Source: Nostoc sp. PCC 7120 = FACHB-418
GTDB lineage: Bacteria > Cyanobacteriota > Cyanobacteriia > Cyanobacteriales > Nostocaceae
Assembly: GCF_000009705.1 (NCBI RefSeq)
Contig: NC_003272.1
Span: 1,320,001 to 1,352,000 of the forward strand
Length of the DNA stretch: 32,000 nucleotides
Direction: 5' to 3'
Part shown: positions 1 to 8,901 of the stretch, piece by piece
Numbering within the stretch: position 1 is the stretch's first letter
Layout of the letters: the number at the start of each line of letters is the position of its first letter
Notes under the pieces: generated by a model
The model's input: the letters and a program-made list of their open reading frames with translations, nothing else
Database searches by the model: none
What the model was told of the DNA's origin: nothing
Made by a program: the position numbers and the translations under genes

Positions 1-142
1 TTGTTTGTGTAAAAGTCATAATGATTGCGGTTGGTATAAACGACTGTCATTAGCAACCGTAACAAACAGAGATCAGGTGTTTAACCCTACTCAGGACATA
101 AGTAACTCGACCAAAAAGAAGAATAATTCAGGAAACATAAAT

Positions 143-277
143 AGGACTTACACACACAGGTTGTCTGTTGAGATCGGGTGTAAGGGTTTCAAAGATTTAT
201 ACCCCTACATCCCTACATCCCTACACCCCTACACCCTTTTCCAAACCCTTGATCTTTCGTTTTCATGGGTAAGTCCT
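143..277. mobile_element. MITE-like foldback element, copy 1 (no ORF)
   Basis: Perfect 9-bp terminal inverted repeats AGGACTTAC (143-151) and GTAAGTCCT (269-277). Internal CCCTACA-type heptamer run at ~201-236. A full-length homolog lies in opposite orientation at 24129-24273. Confidence 0.75.
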
Positions 278-297
278 ATATAAATTCCCCCCATACT

Positions 298-996
298 TCA
301 GCGCTGAATAGTGTTCGCAGACTGATTAAATAACAAGTTTCGGGACTTTTCAATATCTAACGCCTGATTTTTAAAGGCTTCGGCTTTTTCATAGGCGCGA
401 ATTACTGCCGGACGTATTTGAATTGTCTCGAACCAACGTTTGAGATGGGGGAAACTGTCTAAATTTTGGCTTTGGCGTTCATAAGGCACAATCCAAGGAT
501 AAGCGGCGATATCGGCAATAGAGTATTCACCAGCGACAAACTCTCTATCTGCAAGGCGTTTATCCAACACTGCATACAAGCGCCCTGTTTCATTGACGTA
601 GCGGTTAATGGCATACTCAATTTTTTCAGGTGCATAAGTACTAAAGTGGTGGTTTTGTCCAGCCATTGGGCCTAGTCCTGCCATTTGCCAGAATAGCCAT
701 TGTAGAACCTCTGTACGTCCCCTAATATTTTGGGGGATGAATTTTCCAGTTTTTTCTGCCAAATACAACAAGATAGCGCCAGACTCAAACACAGAAATCG
801 CTGCACCCCCGTCTGCTGGTTCATTGTCAACAATGGCTGGGATGCGATTATTCGGGGATATTTTGAGAAATTCTGGCTGGAATTGGTCGCCAGCACCGAT
901 ATTTATGGGAATGATGTTGTAGGGTAAGCCGACTTCTTCTAAGAAGATAGTGATTTTGTGGCCGTTCGGGGTTGTCCAATAGTAAAGGTCAATCAT
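298..996 (-). CDS. yfcG: Nu-class glutathione S-transferase (YfcG/YghU-like disulfide reductase GST)
   Basis: The 232-aa ORF aligns by eye along its whole length to E. coli YfcG (MIDLYYWTTPNGHKITIFLEE..., QFxPEFLxISPNNRIPAIVD, SxFESGAILLYLAEKTG, LQWLFWQ..GLGPM.GQNHHF). Confidence 0.93.
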   Translation of the reverse strand: MIDLYYWTTPNGHKITIFLEEVGLPYNIIPINIGAGDQFQPEFLKISPNNRIPAIVDNEPADGGAAISVFESGAILLYLAEKTGKFIPQNIRGRTEVLQWLFWQMAGLGPMAGQNHHFSTYAPEKIEYAINRYVNETGRLYAVLDKRLADREFVAGEYSIADIAAYPWIVPYERQSQNLDSFPHLKRWFETIQIRPAVIRAYEKAEAFKNQALDIEKSRNLLFNQSANTIQR

Positions 997-1116
997 GGTT
1001 GTGTCTTTGATTTTGTTTGTTTTCGCACCGAGATTTTAACTGTTTTACTCCTGACTACGGCTTTCTCAGGCTGTTATCTTTGATCAGATCAATTACAAGC
1101 CAATGAGAACTTGATA

Positions 1117-1497
1117 ATGAGACTGCATTACAACAAAACTTTCGGTTATATGTTCATTCCCTTAGGGTTATTAAATTTAACTTTCGGTAGCATTCTCATG
1201 GTTAGAGGTCAATTCAGCATTAGCGTCATCATTGGAATTATCATCATCTTTTTAGGGTGGGCATACTGGCATAAGCCTTATATCACCGTCGAAGATAAAC
1301 AATTTATTATTCACACACCTTTAGGATGGCCACAACGCGTCTACGGTTACAATGCTCCTGAAGACGTAAAAATAGCGCACAAGCAGATATTACTCAAACA
1401 AGACGGTGAGTGGAAACGCTTACCTATTTCCAAATTAATTATGCAGCCACAGGATTGGTTGACGTTGCAAAAGCGATTTGGTGAAGACAGGGGCTAA
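1117..1497 (+). CDS. Small membrane protein, two predicted TM helices plus soluble C-terminal domain (hypothetical)
   Basis: The ORF track starts at a TTG (1111); the first ATG is at 1117. Two hydrophobic segments (FIPLGLLNLTFGSILMV, VIIGIIIIFLGWAYW). Followed by a terminator hairpin. Confidence 0.65.
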   Translation: MRLHYNKTFGYMFIPLGLLNLTFGSILMVRGQFSISVIIGIIIIFLGWAYWHKPYITVEDKQFIIHTPLGWPQRVYGYNAPEDVKIAHKQILLKQDGEWKRLPISKLIMQPQDWLTLQKRFGEDRG

Positions 1498-1518
1498 AGA
1501 AGGGAAATATTTTTATAA

Positions 1519-1560
1519 ATGCGATCGCTTCTCACGGATAATTAGGCGATCGCATATTTT
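1519..1560 (+). terminator. Rho-independent terminator-like hairpin built from two HIP1 sites
   Basis: ATGCGATCGC (1519-1528) pairs with GCGATCGCAT (1546-1555) and is followed by ATTTT. It lies 22 nt after the stop of the 1117..1497 CDS. Confidence 0.6.
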
Positions 1561-1593
1561 ATATACAGGCTTAACTTTTTTATATAAATAAGT

Positions 1594-1621
1594 GTAGGGT
1601 TGTGCAAGTGTACAACCCTAC
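1594..1621 (-). terminator. Hairpin downstream of the NDH-2 copy A stop
   Basis: Perfect 10-bp stem GTAGGGTTGT (1594-1603) / ACAACCCTAC (1612-1621) with an 8-nt loop, 23 nt beyond the stop at 1644. The trailing tract on the minus strand is only moderately T-rich. Confidence 0.5.
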
Positions 1622-1643
1622 GACGGAATTAATCATGAAACCA

Positions 1644-3014
1644 CTAGACATTTAGTGGCTGTCTATTGTTGGCTGCTGAGTAATTATTTGTATCGTTGCT
1701 ATCGTCAAAATTGTTGGCAAATGCTAGTGATTCTTTTCCAGTAATCAATCTTGAGCCACGTTTGCGAGTGATGTAGTTCCACGCCCACTGAATCATGACT
1801 AATAGTTTGCTGTCAAACTCAATGAGGAAGTAGATGTGAATCAATAGCCAGAACGCCCATGCAGAGAAGCCTTTCAACTTGAGCAAGCCTAAATCTACAA
1901 CGGCTGCATTTTGCCCAATCATCGCTAGGCTACCGTGATCATTATATTTAAAGGCTGGCAGAGTTTTCCCTTGCAAGCGTTTTTTAATCAATTTGGCGAC
2001 GTATTCACCTTCTTGGATGGCGACTGGTGCAACACTAGGAAGAGGTTGACCGTTTTGGTGAGAGAAGTTGGCTAAGTCTCCCACAACGAAAATATTTTGG
2101 TGTCCTTTAATACTTAAGTCTGGTTCAACGATCGCTCGTCCGGCGCGATCGCATTCTACCCCAGTTCGTTCGGCTAAAACTTTCCCCATAGGAGATGCTT
2201 TCACACCTGCTGCCCATAATATAGTCTTGGAGGTGATTGTTTGCAATTCATCGCCTTGCTTAAAGGTAACGATGTCGTTTTCAATACTTGTGACTCTTGT
2301 TTTTGTCTGGACAACCACACCGAACTCTCGCAGAGATGTTGTGGCTGCTTGGGATAATTCTGGTGCAATGTGTGGGAGGATGCGATCGCCACCTTGCAAT
2401 AGTAATATTCTAGTTTCTGAGGTGTTGATGTTGCGGAAATCTTCTTGGAGAGTCTTGTATGCTAACTCGGCGATCGCTCCTGCTAATTCTACACCTGTAG
2501 GGCCGCCACCGACAATCACGAAAGTCAATAAAGCCTTGCGTTTTTCGAGGTCAGTTTCTTTTTCTGCTGCTTCAAATGCGCCAAATATCCGGCGACGCAT
2601 TTCTATCGCATCTTCAACAGTTTTCAAGCCAGGCGCTAATTCTTGCCAGTTATCTTTACCAAAATAGGAATGCTTTGCACCTGTGGCAACAATTAAGGTG
2701 TCATAAGGTACTACTTTATCACCTACAATAATTTGTTGTAAGTTGGGATCAATATCATTGACTTCTCCCAGCAACACTTTTGTATTCTTACTTTTGCTGA
2801 GTACAGATCGCAATGGTGCGGAAATATCAGCCGGTGATAGCGTACCTGTAGCAACTTGATATAAAAGTGGCTGAAATAAATGAAAGTTACGTTTATCGAT
2901 GAGAGTAACATTTACATTCGTTTTAGCTAGTGCCTTTGCCGCATACAGTCCACCAAAGCCACCACCAACGATTACAACCTCATGTGGTTGATGATTCTCA
3001 AGTGAAGCTACCAT
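1644..3014 (-). CDS. ndh: Type-2 NADH dehydrogenase (NDH-2), paralog A
   Basis: Two Rossmann dinucleotide motifs (VIVGGGFGGLYAAK and VIVGGGPTGVELAG), KRNFHLFQPLLYQVATG, GDLANF, and a hydrophobic C-terminal membrane-association segment (WAFWLLIHIYFLIEF). Confidence 0.93.
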   Translation of the reverse strand: MVASLENHQPHEVVIVGGGFGGLYAAKALAKTNVNVTLIDKRNFHLFQPLLYQVATGTLSPADISAPLRSVLSKSKNTKVLLGEVNDIDPNLQQIIVGDKVVPYDTLIVATGAKHSYFGKDNWQELAPGLKTVEDAIEMRRRIFGAFEAAEKETDLEKRKALLTFVIVGGGPTGVELAGAIAELAYKTLQEDFRNINTSETRILLLQGGDRILPHIAPELSQAATTSLREFGVVVQTKTRVTSIENDIVTFKQGDELQTITSKTILWAAGVKASPMGKVLAERTGVECDRAGRAIVEPDLSIKGHQNIFVVGDLANFSHQNGQPLPSVAPVAIQEGEYVAKLIKKRLQGKTLPAFKYNDHGSLAMIGQNAAVVDLGLLKLKGFSAWAFWLLIHIYFLIEFDSKLLVMIQWAWNYITRKRGSRLITGKESLAFANNFDDSNDTNNYSAANNRQPLNV

Positions 3015-3202
3015 AAGAAATATTTCCCTGATTTGAAAGTTCTGTAACTGTTCTTAATAAAGATGTAACAGAATCATAATATTTGTTGCAGTTTATTTTG
3101 AACACTTGACAAAATAATTAAGTTAATCAGGGTTACTATTTGGTCATTGGTCAATAGTCATTCTTCGGGACTTCCCCTGCTGATTTAGCTGAAAATAAAT
3201 AT

Positions 3203-3244
3203 GGAATAGGTATCTTACCTAATATTAAGCAAGATACCTATTCC
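3203..3244 (-). terminator. Strong hairpin between the two NDH-2 paralogs
   Basis: Perfect 14-bp stem GGAATAGGTATCTT (3203-3216) / AAGATACCTATTCC (3231-3244). On the minus strand it is followed by ATATTTATTTTC. It lies downstream of the paralog B stop (3383) and upstream of the paralog A start (3014). Confidence 0.6.
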
Positions 3245-3325
3245 ACAAATTTCAGGTCAATACTAGTACAGCACAGAGTAAATAAGCAGACCATTTCAAA
3301 CAAGCAAAAGCCTTGATATATGAAA

Positions 3326-3346
3326 CTTTTGACTTTTGACTTTTGA
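3326..3346. repeat. Heptamer tandem repeat (CTTTTGA x3), STRR-like
   Basis: Three direct tandem copies are read in the sequence. Confidence 0.7.
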
Positions 3347-3382
3347 TTTCCGCCTTGCGGTACTATCTACTCAGCAAACATT

Positions 3383-4744
3383 TTAGACATTGACTGGTAG
3401 TCTCTTTTCTAAAGGCTGGTAATGACCGCTATTGTTAACAGTGTTGACTGCTAAATGAATTTCTTGACCTGTAATCAATCTAGCTCCACGATTACGAGTG
3501 ATATAATTCCATACCCATTGAATCATGACTACTAACTTATTATCAAACTCAATGAGGAAGTAGATGTGAATCACTAACCAGAACAACCATGCAAAGAAGC
3601 CTTTGAGTTTGATGAAGCCTAAATCAACAACGGCGGCATTTTGTCCAATCATCGCTAGACTACCTTTATCAGTGTAGTTAAAGGCTGGTAGAGTTTGACC
3701 TTGCAAGCGTTTTTGAACCAATGCGGCGACGTATTCACCTTCTTGTTTGGCGACGGGTGCGACACCAGGGAGGGGTTTACCATTTTGGTGAGAGAAGTTG
3801 GCTAAGTCTCCCACAACAAAAATATTGCTGTGTCCCTTAATGCTTAAGTCTGATTCTACGATGACTCGGCCAGCGCGATCGCATTCTACCCCAGTTTTTT
3901 CGGCTAAAACTTTACCCATAGCTGATGCTTTCACACCTGCTGCCCATAATACAGTCTTGGAGGCAATTTCTTTGACTTCCTCACCTTGTTTGAGGGTGAC
4001 GATATCATTCTCAATATTTGTAACTAGAGTTTTTGTCTGGACAAGCACACCCAACTGCTTCAAGGATATTTCCGCTTCCTGGGATAATTCTGGTGCAAAA
4101 GGAGGGAGGATTCTATCTAAACCTTCTAGGAGGATGACTTGGGTTTCTGTGGTGTCGATGTTGCGGAAATCTTCTTTGAGGGTTTTGTATGCTAATTCTG
4201 CGATCGCTCCTGCTAACTCTACACCAGTAGGGCCGCCACCGACAACCACAAAGGTCAACCAAGCACGACGCTTTGCAGGGTCTTTTTCTTTTTCTGCTGC
4301 TTCAAAGGCGGTAAAGATGCGGCGACGCATTTCTATCGCATCTTCCACTGTTTTCAACCCTGGTGCAAACTCTTCCCAGTTATCTTTACCAAAGTAGGAA
4401 TGCTTTGCACCAGTGGCGACAATTAAGGTGTCGTAGGGAATTTTTTCATCACCCATCACCAATTCTTGTGCTTCTGGGTCAATATCGTTTACTTCTCCCA
4501 GCAATACTTGGGTATTCTTGCTTTTACTTAATACTGCGCGTAAAGGCGAGGAAATATCTGCTGGTGAGAGCGTACCTGTTGCAACTTGATAAAGTAGTGG
4601 CTGAAATAGGTGGAAGTTCCGCTTGTCGATGAGAGTCACGTCTACTTTAGCTTTAGCCAGAGCTTTTGCTGCATACAATCCACCAAAACCGCCACCGACA
4701 ATCACAACTTTATGGGGTGGGTTGTTATCAAGTGCTTCAACCAT
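3383..4744 (-). CDS. ndh: Type-2 NADH dehydrogenase (NDH-2), paralog B
   Basis: Same motif set as paralog A. The two align without gaps over nearly the full length, with roughly four fifths of residues identical by eye. Only the last ~35 aa diverge. Confidence 0.93.
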   Translation of the reverse strand: MVEALDNNPPHKVVIVGGGFGGLYAAKALAKAKVDVTLIDKRNFHLFQPLLYQVATGTLSPADISSPLRAVLSKSKNTQVLLGEVNDIDPEAQELVMGDEKIPYDTLIVATGAKHSYFGKDNWEEFAPGLKTVEDAIEMRRRIFTAFEAAEKEKDPAKRRAWLTFVVVGGGPTGVELAGAIAELAYKTLKEDFRNIDTTETQVILLEGLDRILPPFAPELSQEAEISLKQLGVLVQTKTLVTNIENDIVTLKQGEEVKEIASKTVLWAAGVKASAMGKVLAEKTGVECDRAGRVIVESDLSIKGHSNIFVVGDLANFSHQNGKPLPGVAPVAKQEGEYVAALVQKRLQGQTLPAFNYTDKGSLAMIGQNAAVVDLGFIKLKGFFAWLFWLVIHIYFLIEFDNKLVVMIQWVWNYITRNRGARLITGQEIHLAVNTVNNSGHYQPLEKRLPVNV

Positions 4745-4896
4745 AAGAATTATTTCCTTGTGTTACGAGTGTTGTAACTATTCTTAACAAATTTGTATCA
4801 AAAATGTCACAATTATTTCTGTTTATTTTGAACATATAAAAAATTGCTTAAAGTTACCAAAAAGACAAACATTGAGTAATTTAAGCTACATAGTTG

Positions 4897-4930
4897 TAAT
4901 TGTTAACTGTTAACTGTTGACTGTTAACGG
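4897..4930. repeat. Heptamer tandem array (TAACTGT / TGACTGT units), STRR-like
   Basis: taattgt-taactgt-taactgt-tgactgt-taacgg read directly. It is the reverse complement of the CAACAGT-type STRR heptamer known from Anabaena/Nostoc. Confidence 0.75.
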
Positions 4931-5216
4931 CCATCACGATGGATTATGTAATTTAAAATCAGACAACAACGGTTAGCAAACCAGTCAACAACAGCAGGAA
5001 AAATGATAGTTGACAATTTTGGTAACTAAAATGTTAGCTGACTTAGCTGATTGAAACTATACCAATTGCGGCAATTCGCTGTTAAACTCTCTTTACCTGC
5101 CCTGGGTTCTTTGAGCCTCGGCGGTGTGACTATTCTAAATTTTCCCTTAGACTACTTGAGAATTTTTCATTAATTGATACACTTGTTCTTCATTAACATC
5201 AGTTAACTAGCACTGC

Positions 5217-8200
5217 ATGGTGCATATTAAGCGCGTAGAACTTACCAATTTCAAATCCTTCGGCGGTACGACCTCTGTCCCATTGCTGTCGGGGTTCACT
5301 GTCGTATCTGGGCCTAATGGTTCGGGTAAGTCTAATATTTTGGATGCGCTGTTGTTTTGTTTGGGACTAGCCAGTTCTAAGGGGATGCGGGCAGACCGCT
5401 TACCCGATTTGGTTAATAATACTCAAACGGCGAAAAGTCGCTCGGCTGTGGAAGCTGTGGTGACGGTGACATTTGATTTATCGGATTTGGTGGATGCGAG
5501 TGATCAGTTTTTATCTGTCAGTGATGATGCAGAATTATCTCAGAATGAAGCGCCTACAGTAAATGGGAATGGTCACAGAGCTACAGAATGGAGTGTGACT
5601 AGGAAATTGCGGGTGACGCATCAGGGTAGTTATACCTCGAATTACTACATCAATGGGGTTTCGGCGACGCAGACAGAGTTACATGAGGAGTTGGAGCGGC
5701 TGCGGATTTACCCTGAAGGTTATAACGTGGTGTTGCAAGGGGATGTCACCAGTATTATCTCCATGAAGGGTAAGGAACGGCGAGAAATTATTGATGAGTT
5801 GGCGGGGGTGGCGACTTTTGATAGGAAGATTCATCAAGCCAAGGGAACTTTAGATGAGGTCAAGGATAAGGAAGATAGTTGTAAGATTATTGAGTCTGAG
5901 TTAACTTTACAACGCGATCGCCTTTCCCAAGACAGAGCAAAGGCGGAGAGGTATCAAAAGTTACGCACAGAGTTTTTAGAAAAGCAATGTTGGGAAGCGG
6001 TATTATCTTGGCGTTCCCTACAAGCACAGCAAGAGAAGTTAGTTACAGATATTCAAGCAGGCGATCGCCATTATGGCGAACTGACAACTCAGCTTGCAAG
6101 CTTAAATACAGAAATTTCTCAAAAAACGGCTGAACTCGAACAGCTAAATGCTCATGTGAAAGCAATGGGGGAGGAGGAACTGCTGGCGGTACAGTCTACC
6201 TTAGCTACCCAAGAAGCGGAACGGAAGCAACTCCAGCGTCAGCAAACGGAGTTAGACACGGCTTTGCAAGAAACTACCAAACGTTTGGCGCAAACTCAGC
6301 ATGATATTCAACAGCATCAGCAAGGTTTGGGTGAACTGGCGCAAGCACAGGATTTAGAAAGACAATCGATTGTTTATTGTCAGCAGCAACGGGATGAAGC
6401 ACAACAAGCTTTGGAAAAGTCCCGCGAAGCCGCAGCAGAAATAGCTTCAGCGTCGGAAGCATGGGTACAGCAACAAACGGCGTTGAACCGTCAAATTGAG
6501 GCTGTGTTGCAAACTTTGGAGCCGCAACGCACAGAACAAGCGCAACTGAGGGAACGGAATAATCAGTTACAGCAGTTAATTGGGGAACAAACCGAGTTAA
6601 TTGCTGGATTAGAACCGCAATTAGCTGAGAAACAAGCCGATTGTGAACGCATAGAAACAGAATTTAACTCCTCTGGCGAACCCATCCAAGATTTAGCCCA
6701 AAATCTTGCAGCCACAGAACAGGAATTACAAATCCAGCAAGATACCCAAAAGCGGCTATTACAAGAACAACGGGACAAACAACGTCAGCTAGATAGAATT
6801 GAGGCGCAAGCACAAGCACAGCAAGAGGTACAAGGAACCCAAGCCAGTAAAGTGATTATCCAGTCGGGAATGCCTGGGGTATGCGGCTTGGTGGTACATT
6901 TGGGACGGGTAGAACCCAAGTTTCAATTAGCGTTAGAAATTGCGGCTGGGGCGCGGCTGGGACACATTGTGGTAGAAGATGATGGTATAGCAGCCGCCGG
7001 AATTGAACTACTCAAACAAAAACGGGCTGGGAGAGCGACGTTTTTACCGTTAAATAAAATTCAGTCTCACAAATTTACCCAGGATGCGACGCTGCGTTTA
7101 GCTAATGGTTTTGTTAACTATGCCGTGAATTTGGTAGACTGCGATCGCCGTTATAAAGACATCTTCAATTACGTTTTTGGTAATACTGTCGTCTTCGCCA
7201 ACCTGGAAGCAGCGCGGAAAAATCTCGGCTTATATCGCATCGTTACTTTGGATGGAGAACTACTAGAAACCAGTGGCGCGATGACTGGGGGAAGTAGTAA
7301 CCAGCGTTCCTCCCTCCGGTTTGGGAATACAGAAGCCGCAGAATCAGATGAAGCCATTGGCTTAAAACAGCGTTTAGCCGATATTGATCGGATTTTAAAC
7401 CGTTGTGGTGATGCGATCGCTAATTTAGTCATCAAAACCAAACAACTATCCCAAGAACTCACTGAAACTCGACAAGCACGGCGAGAACAGCAGTTACAGT
7501 TGGAACAGTTGCGAAAAGATATTCAGAGTTTAACAGCCCAGTTGACAGGGACGCGATCGCAACTCACCCAAAACACCGAGAAATTTACCACAGCCCAATC
7601 TCGCCTGGAGATTTTAGATAGGGACTTACCAGGACAAGAAAGCCAATTACAACAACTACGCCACACCCTAGCCGAGTTAGAAGCCTCCCAAACCCCCAGC
7701 GAATGGCAACAAATTCAGGCGACAATTAAAACCCAAGAACAACAAATACAACAACGGGAAACCGCCTTTAGGGAAGCCGAACAACGCTTAAAAAATCTAG
7801 AAAATCAACAACAGCGTTTACAAGAACGCATCCAAGAAGCCCAACAGCGCATCACCGAATATCAAACCCAACAAACCACTTGTACAGAAGCGATTAATCG
7901 CGTCTCTCAACAAACCACAACCATAAACGCACAAATCACCCAAACCCGCGCCAAACTCAGCGAACTTGAACAACACCTCGGCGCAGAAAAACAAAAACGC
8001 GACACAATTGAACAAGAAGTGCGATCGCACCTCCTGCGTCAGCAACAATTAGAATGGGAAATTCAAAAACTGGAAGAAACCCAACTTAAACGCCGGGAAG
8101 ACTTAACCGCCTTACAAAGCCAGTTACAGGAACTAGTCCCAGAACTACCCAACCCTTTGCCAGAAGTCCCAGACAAGGTAGACTTAGAAGAATTGCAGAA

Positions 8201-8843
8201 AGAATTGCGATCGCTCGCCAAACGCCTCCAAGCAATGGAACCTGTGAATATGCTGGCGTTGGAAGAATACGAACGTACCCAAAAGCGCCTAGAAGAACTA
8301 TCCCAAAAATTACAGACCTTAGAAGGAGAACGCACCGAACTACTCCTACGCATTGAAAACTTCACCACCTTGCGCCAAATCGCCTTTAAAGAAGCCTTCG
8401 ACGCTGTAAATGAAAATTTCCAATCAATCTTCGCCACCCTTTCCGACGGCGACGGCTACCTGCAATTAGATAACCCAGAAGATCCCTTTAACAGTGGCTT
8501 GAACTTAGTCGCCCACCCCAAAGGTAAACCAGTCCAAAGACTCGCCTCCATGTCCGGTGGTGAAAAATCCCTCACCGCCTTAAGCTTTATCTTCGCCTTG
8601 CAACGCTACCGCCCCTCGCCATTTTACGCCTTTGATGAAGTAGATATGTTCCTCGATGGGGCAAACGTAGAGCGATTATCAAGAATGATTAAACAACAAG
8701 CCCAGCAGGCACAATTCATAGTTGTGAGTTTGCGCCGTCCGATGATAGAATCAGCCGAACGCACAATCGGCGTTACTCAAGCACGAGGAGCTTATACTCA
8801 AGTTTTGGGAATTAAGTTATCATCCTCGAATACATCTGCTTGA
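5217..8843 (+). CDS. smc: Chromosome segregation protein SMC
   Basis: 1208 aa. Walker A (GPNGSGKSN), long Q/E/L-rich coiled coils, hinge (GVCGLVVHLG...RATFLPLNKI), signature motif (LSGGEKSLTALSFIFAL) and Walker B (FYAFDEVDMFLD). Confidence 0.97.
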   Translation: MVHIKRVELTNFKSFGGTTSVPLLSGFTVVSGPNGSGKSNILDALLFCLGLASSKGMRADRLPDLVNNTQTAKSRSAVEAVVTVTFDLSDLVDASDQFLSVSDDAELSQNEAPTVNGNGHRATEWSVTRKLRVTHQGSYTSNYYINGVSATQTELHEELERLRIYPEGYNVVLQGDVTSIISMKGKERREIIDELAGVATFDRKIHQAKGTLDEVKDKEDSCKIIESELTLQRDRLSQDRAKAERYQKLRTEFLEKQCWEAVLSWRSLQAQQEKLVTDIQAGDRHYGELTTQLASLNTEISQKTAELEQLNAHVKAMGEEELLAVQSTLATQEAERKQLQRQQTELDTALQETTKRLAQTQHDIQQHQQGLGELAQAQDLERQSIVYCQQQRDEAQQALEKSREAAAEIASASEAWVQQQTALNRQIEAVLQTLEPQRTEQAQLRERNNQLQQLIGEQTELIAGLEPQLAEKQADCERIETEFNSSGEPIQDLAQNLAATEQELQIQQDTQKRLLQEQRDKQRQLDRIEAQAQAQQEVQGTQASKVIIQSGMPGVCGLVVHLGRVEPKFQLALEIAAGARLGHIVVEDDGIAAAGIELLKQKRAGRATFLPLNKIQSHKFTQDATLRLANGFVNYAVNLVDCDRRYKDIFNYVFGNTVVFANLEAARKNLGLYRIVTLDGELLETSGAMTGGSSNQRSSLRFGNTEAAESDEAIGLKQRLADIDRILNRCGDAIANLVIKTKQLSQELTETRQARREQQLQLEQLRKDIQSLTAQLTGTRSQLTQNTEKFTTAQSRLEILDRDLPGQESQLQQLRHTLAELEASQTPSEWQQIQATIKTQEQQIQQRETAFREAEQRLKNLENQQQRLQERIQEAQQRITEYQTQQTTCTEAINRVSQQTTTINAQITQTRAKLSELEQHLGAEKQKRDTIEQEVRSHLLRQQQLEWEIQKLEETQLKRREDLTALQSQLQELVPELPNPLPEVPDKVDLEELQKELRSLAKRLQAMEPVNMLALEEYERTQKRLEELSQKLQTLEGERTELLLRIENFTTLRQIAFKEAFDAVNENFQSIFATLSDGDGYLQLDNPEDPFNSGLNLVAHPKGKPVQRLASMSGGEKSLTALSFIFALQRYRPSPFYAFDEVDMFLDGANVERLSRMIKQQAQQAQFIVVSLRRPMIESAERTIGVTQARGAYTQVLGIKLSSSNTSA

Positions 8844-8901
8844 GTTTTTGTTAATAATAGTGTATAGATAAACCGGATTCGAGATCAGGACTCCGTATAG
8901 A

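Noticed and set aside
5-283. 92-aa plus-strand ORF at the window start
   Set aside because: It reads straight through the MITE-like element (143-277) and its heptamer run. It has no Shine-Dalgarno, low-complexity composition (PYIPTSLHPYTLF) and a TTG-type start. It is most likely a repeat artefact.
2068-2667. 199-aa antisense ORF inside NDH-2 paralog A, with a same-length, same-position counterpart (3798..4397) in paralog B
   Set aside because: It is striking that both paralogs keep an open 199-codon antisense frame. However, the products are S/P/A/T/R-rich low-complexity sequences typical of antisense translation of a GC-moderate gene. Their conservation is fully explained by selection on the sense strand, and there is no independent start context. 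Ribosome profiling would settle it.
6274-8437. Several minus-strand ORFs of 62-124 aa inside smc
   Set aside because: They are antisense to a strongly supported 1208-aa gene whose Q/E/L-rich coiled-coil codons naturally lack antisense stops. No motifs are present.
8860-8900. tRNA-like GATTCGAGATC string between smc and the PRC-barrel gene
   Set aside because: There is no acceptor stem, no anticodon arm and no full T-loop (GGTTCGAATCC) context. I found no tRNA in any intergenic region.
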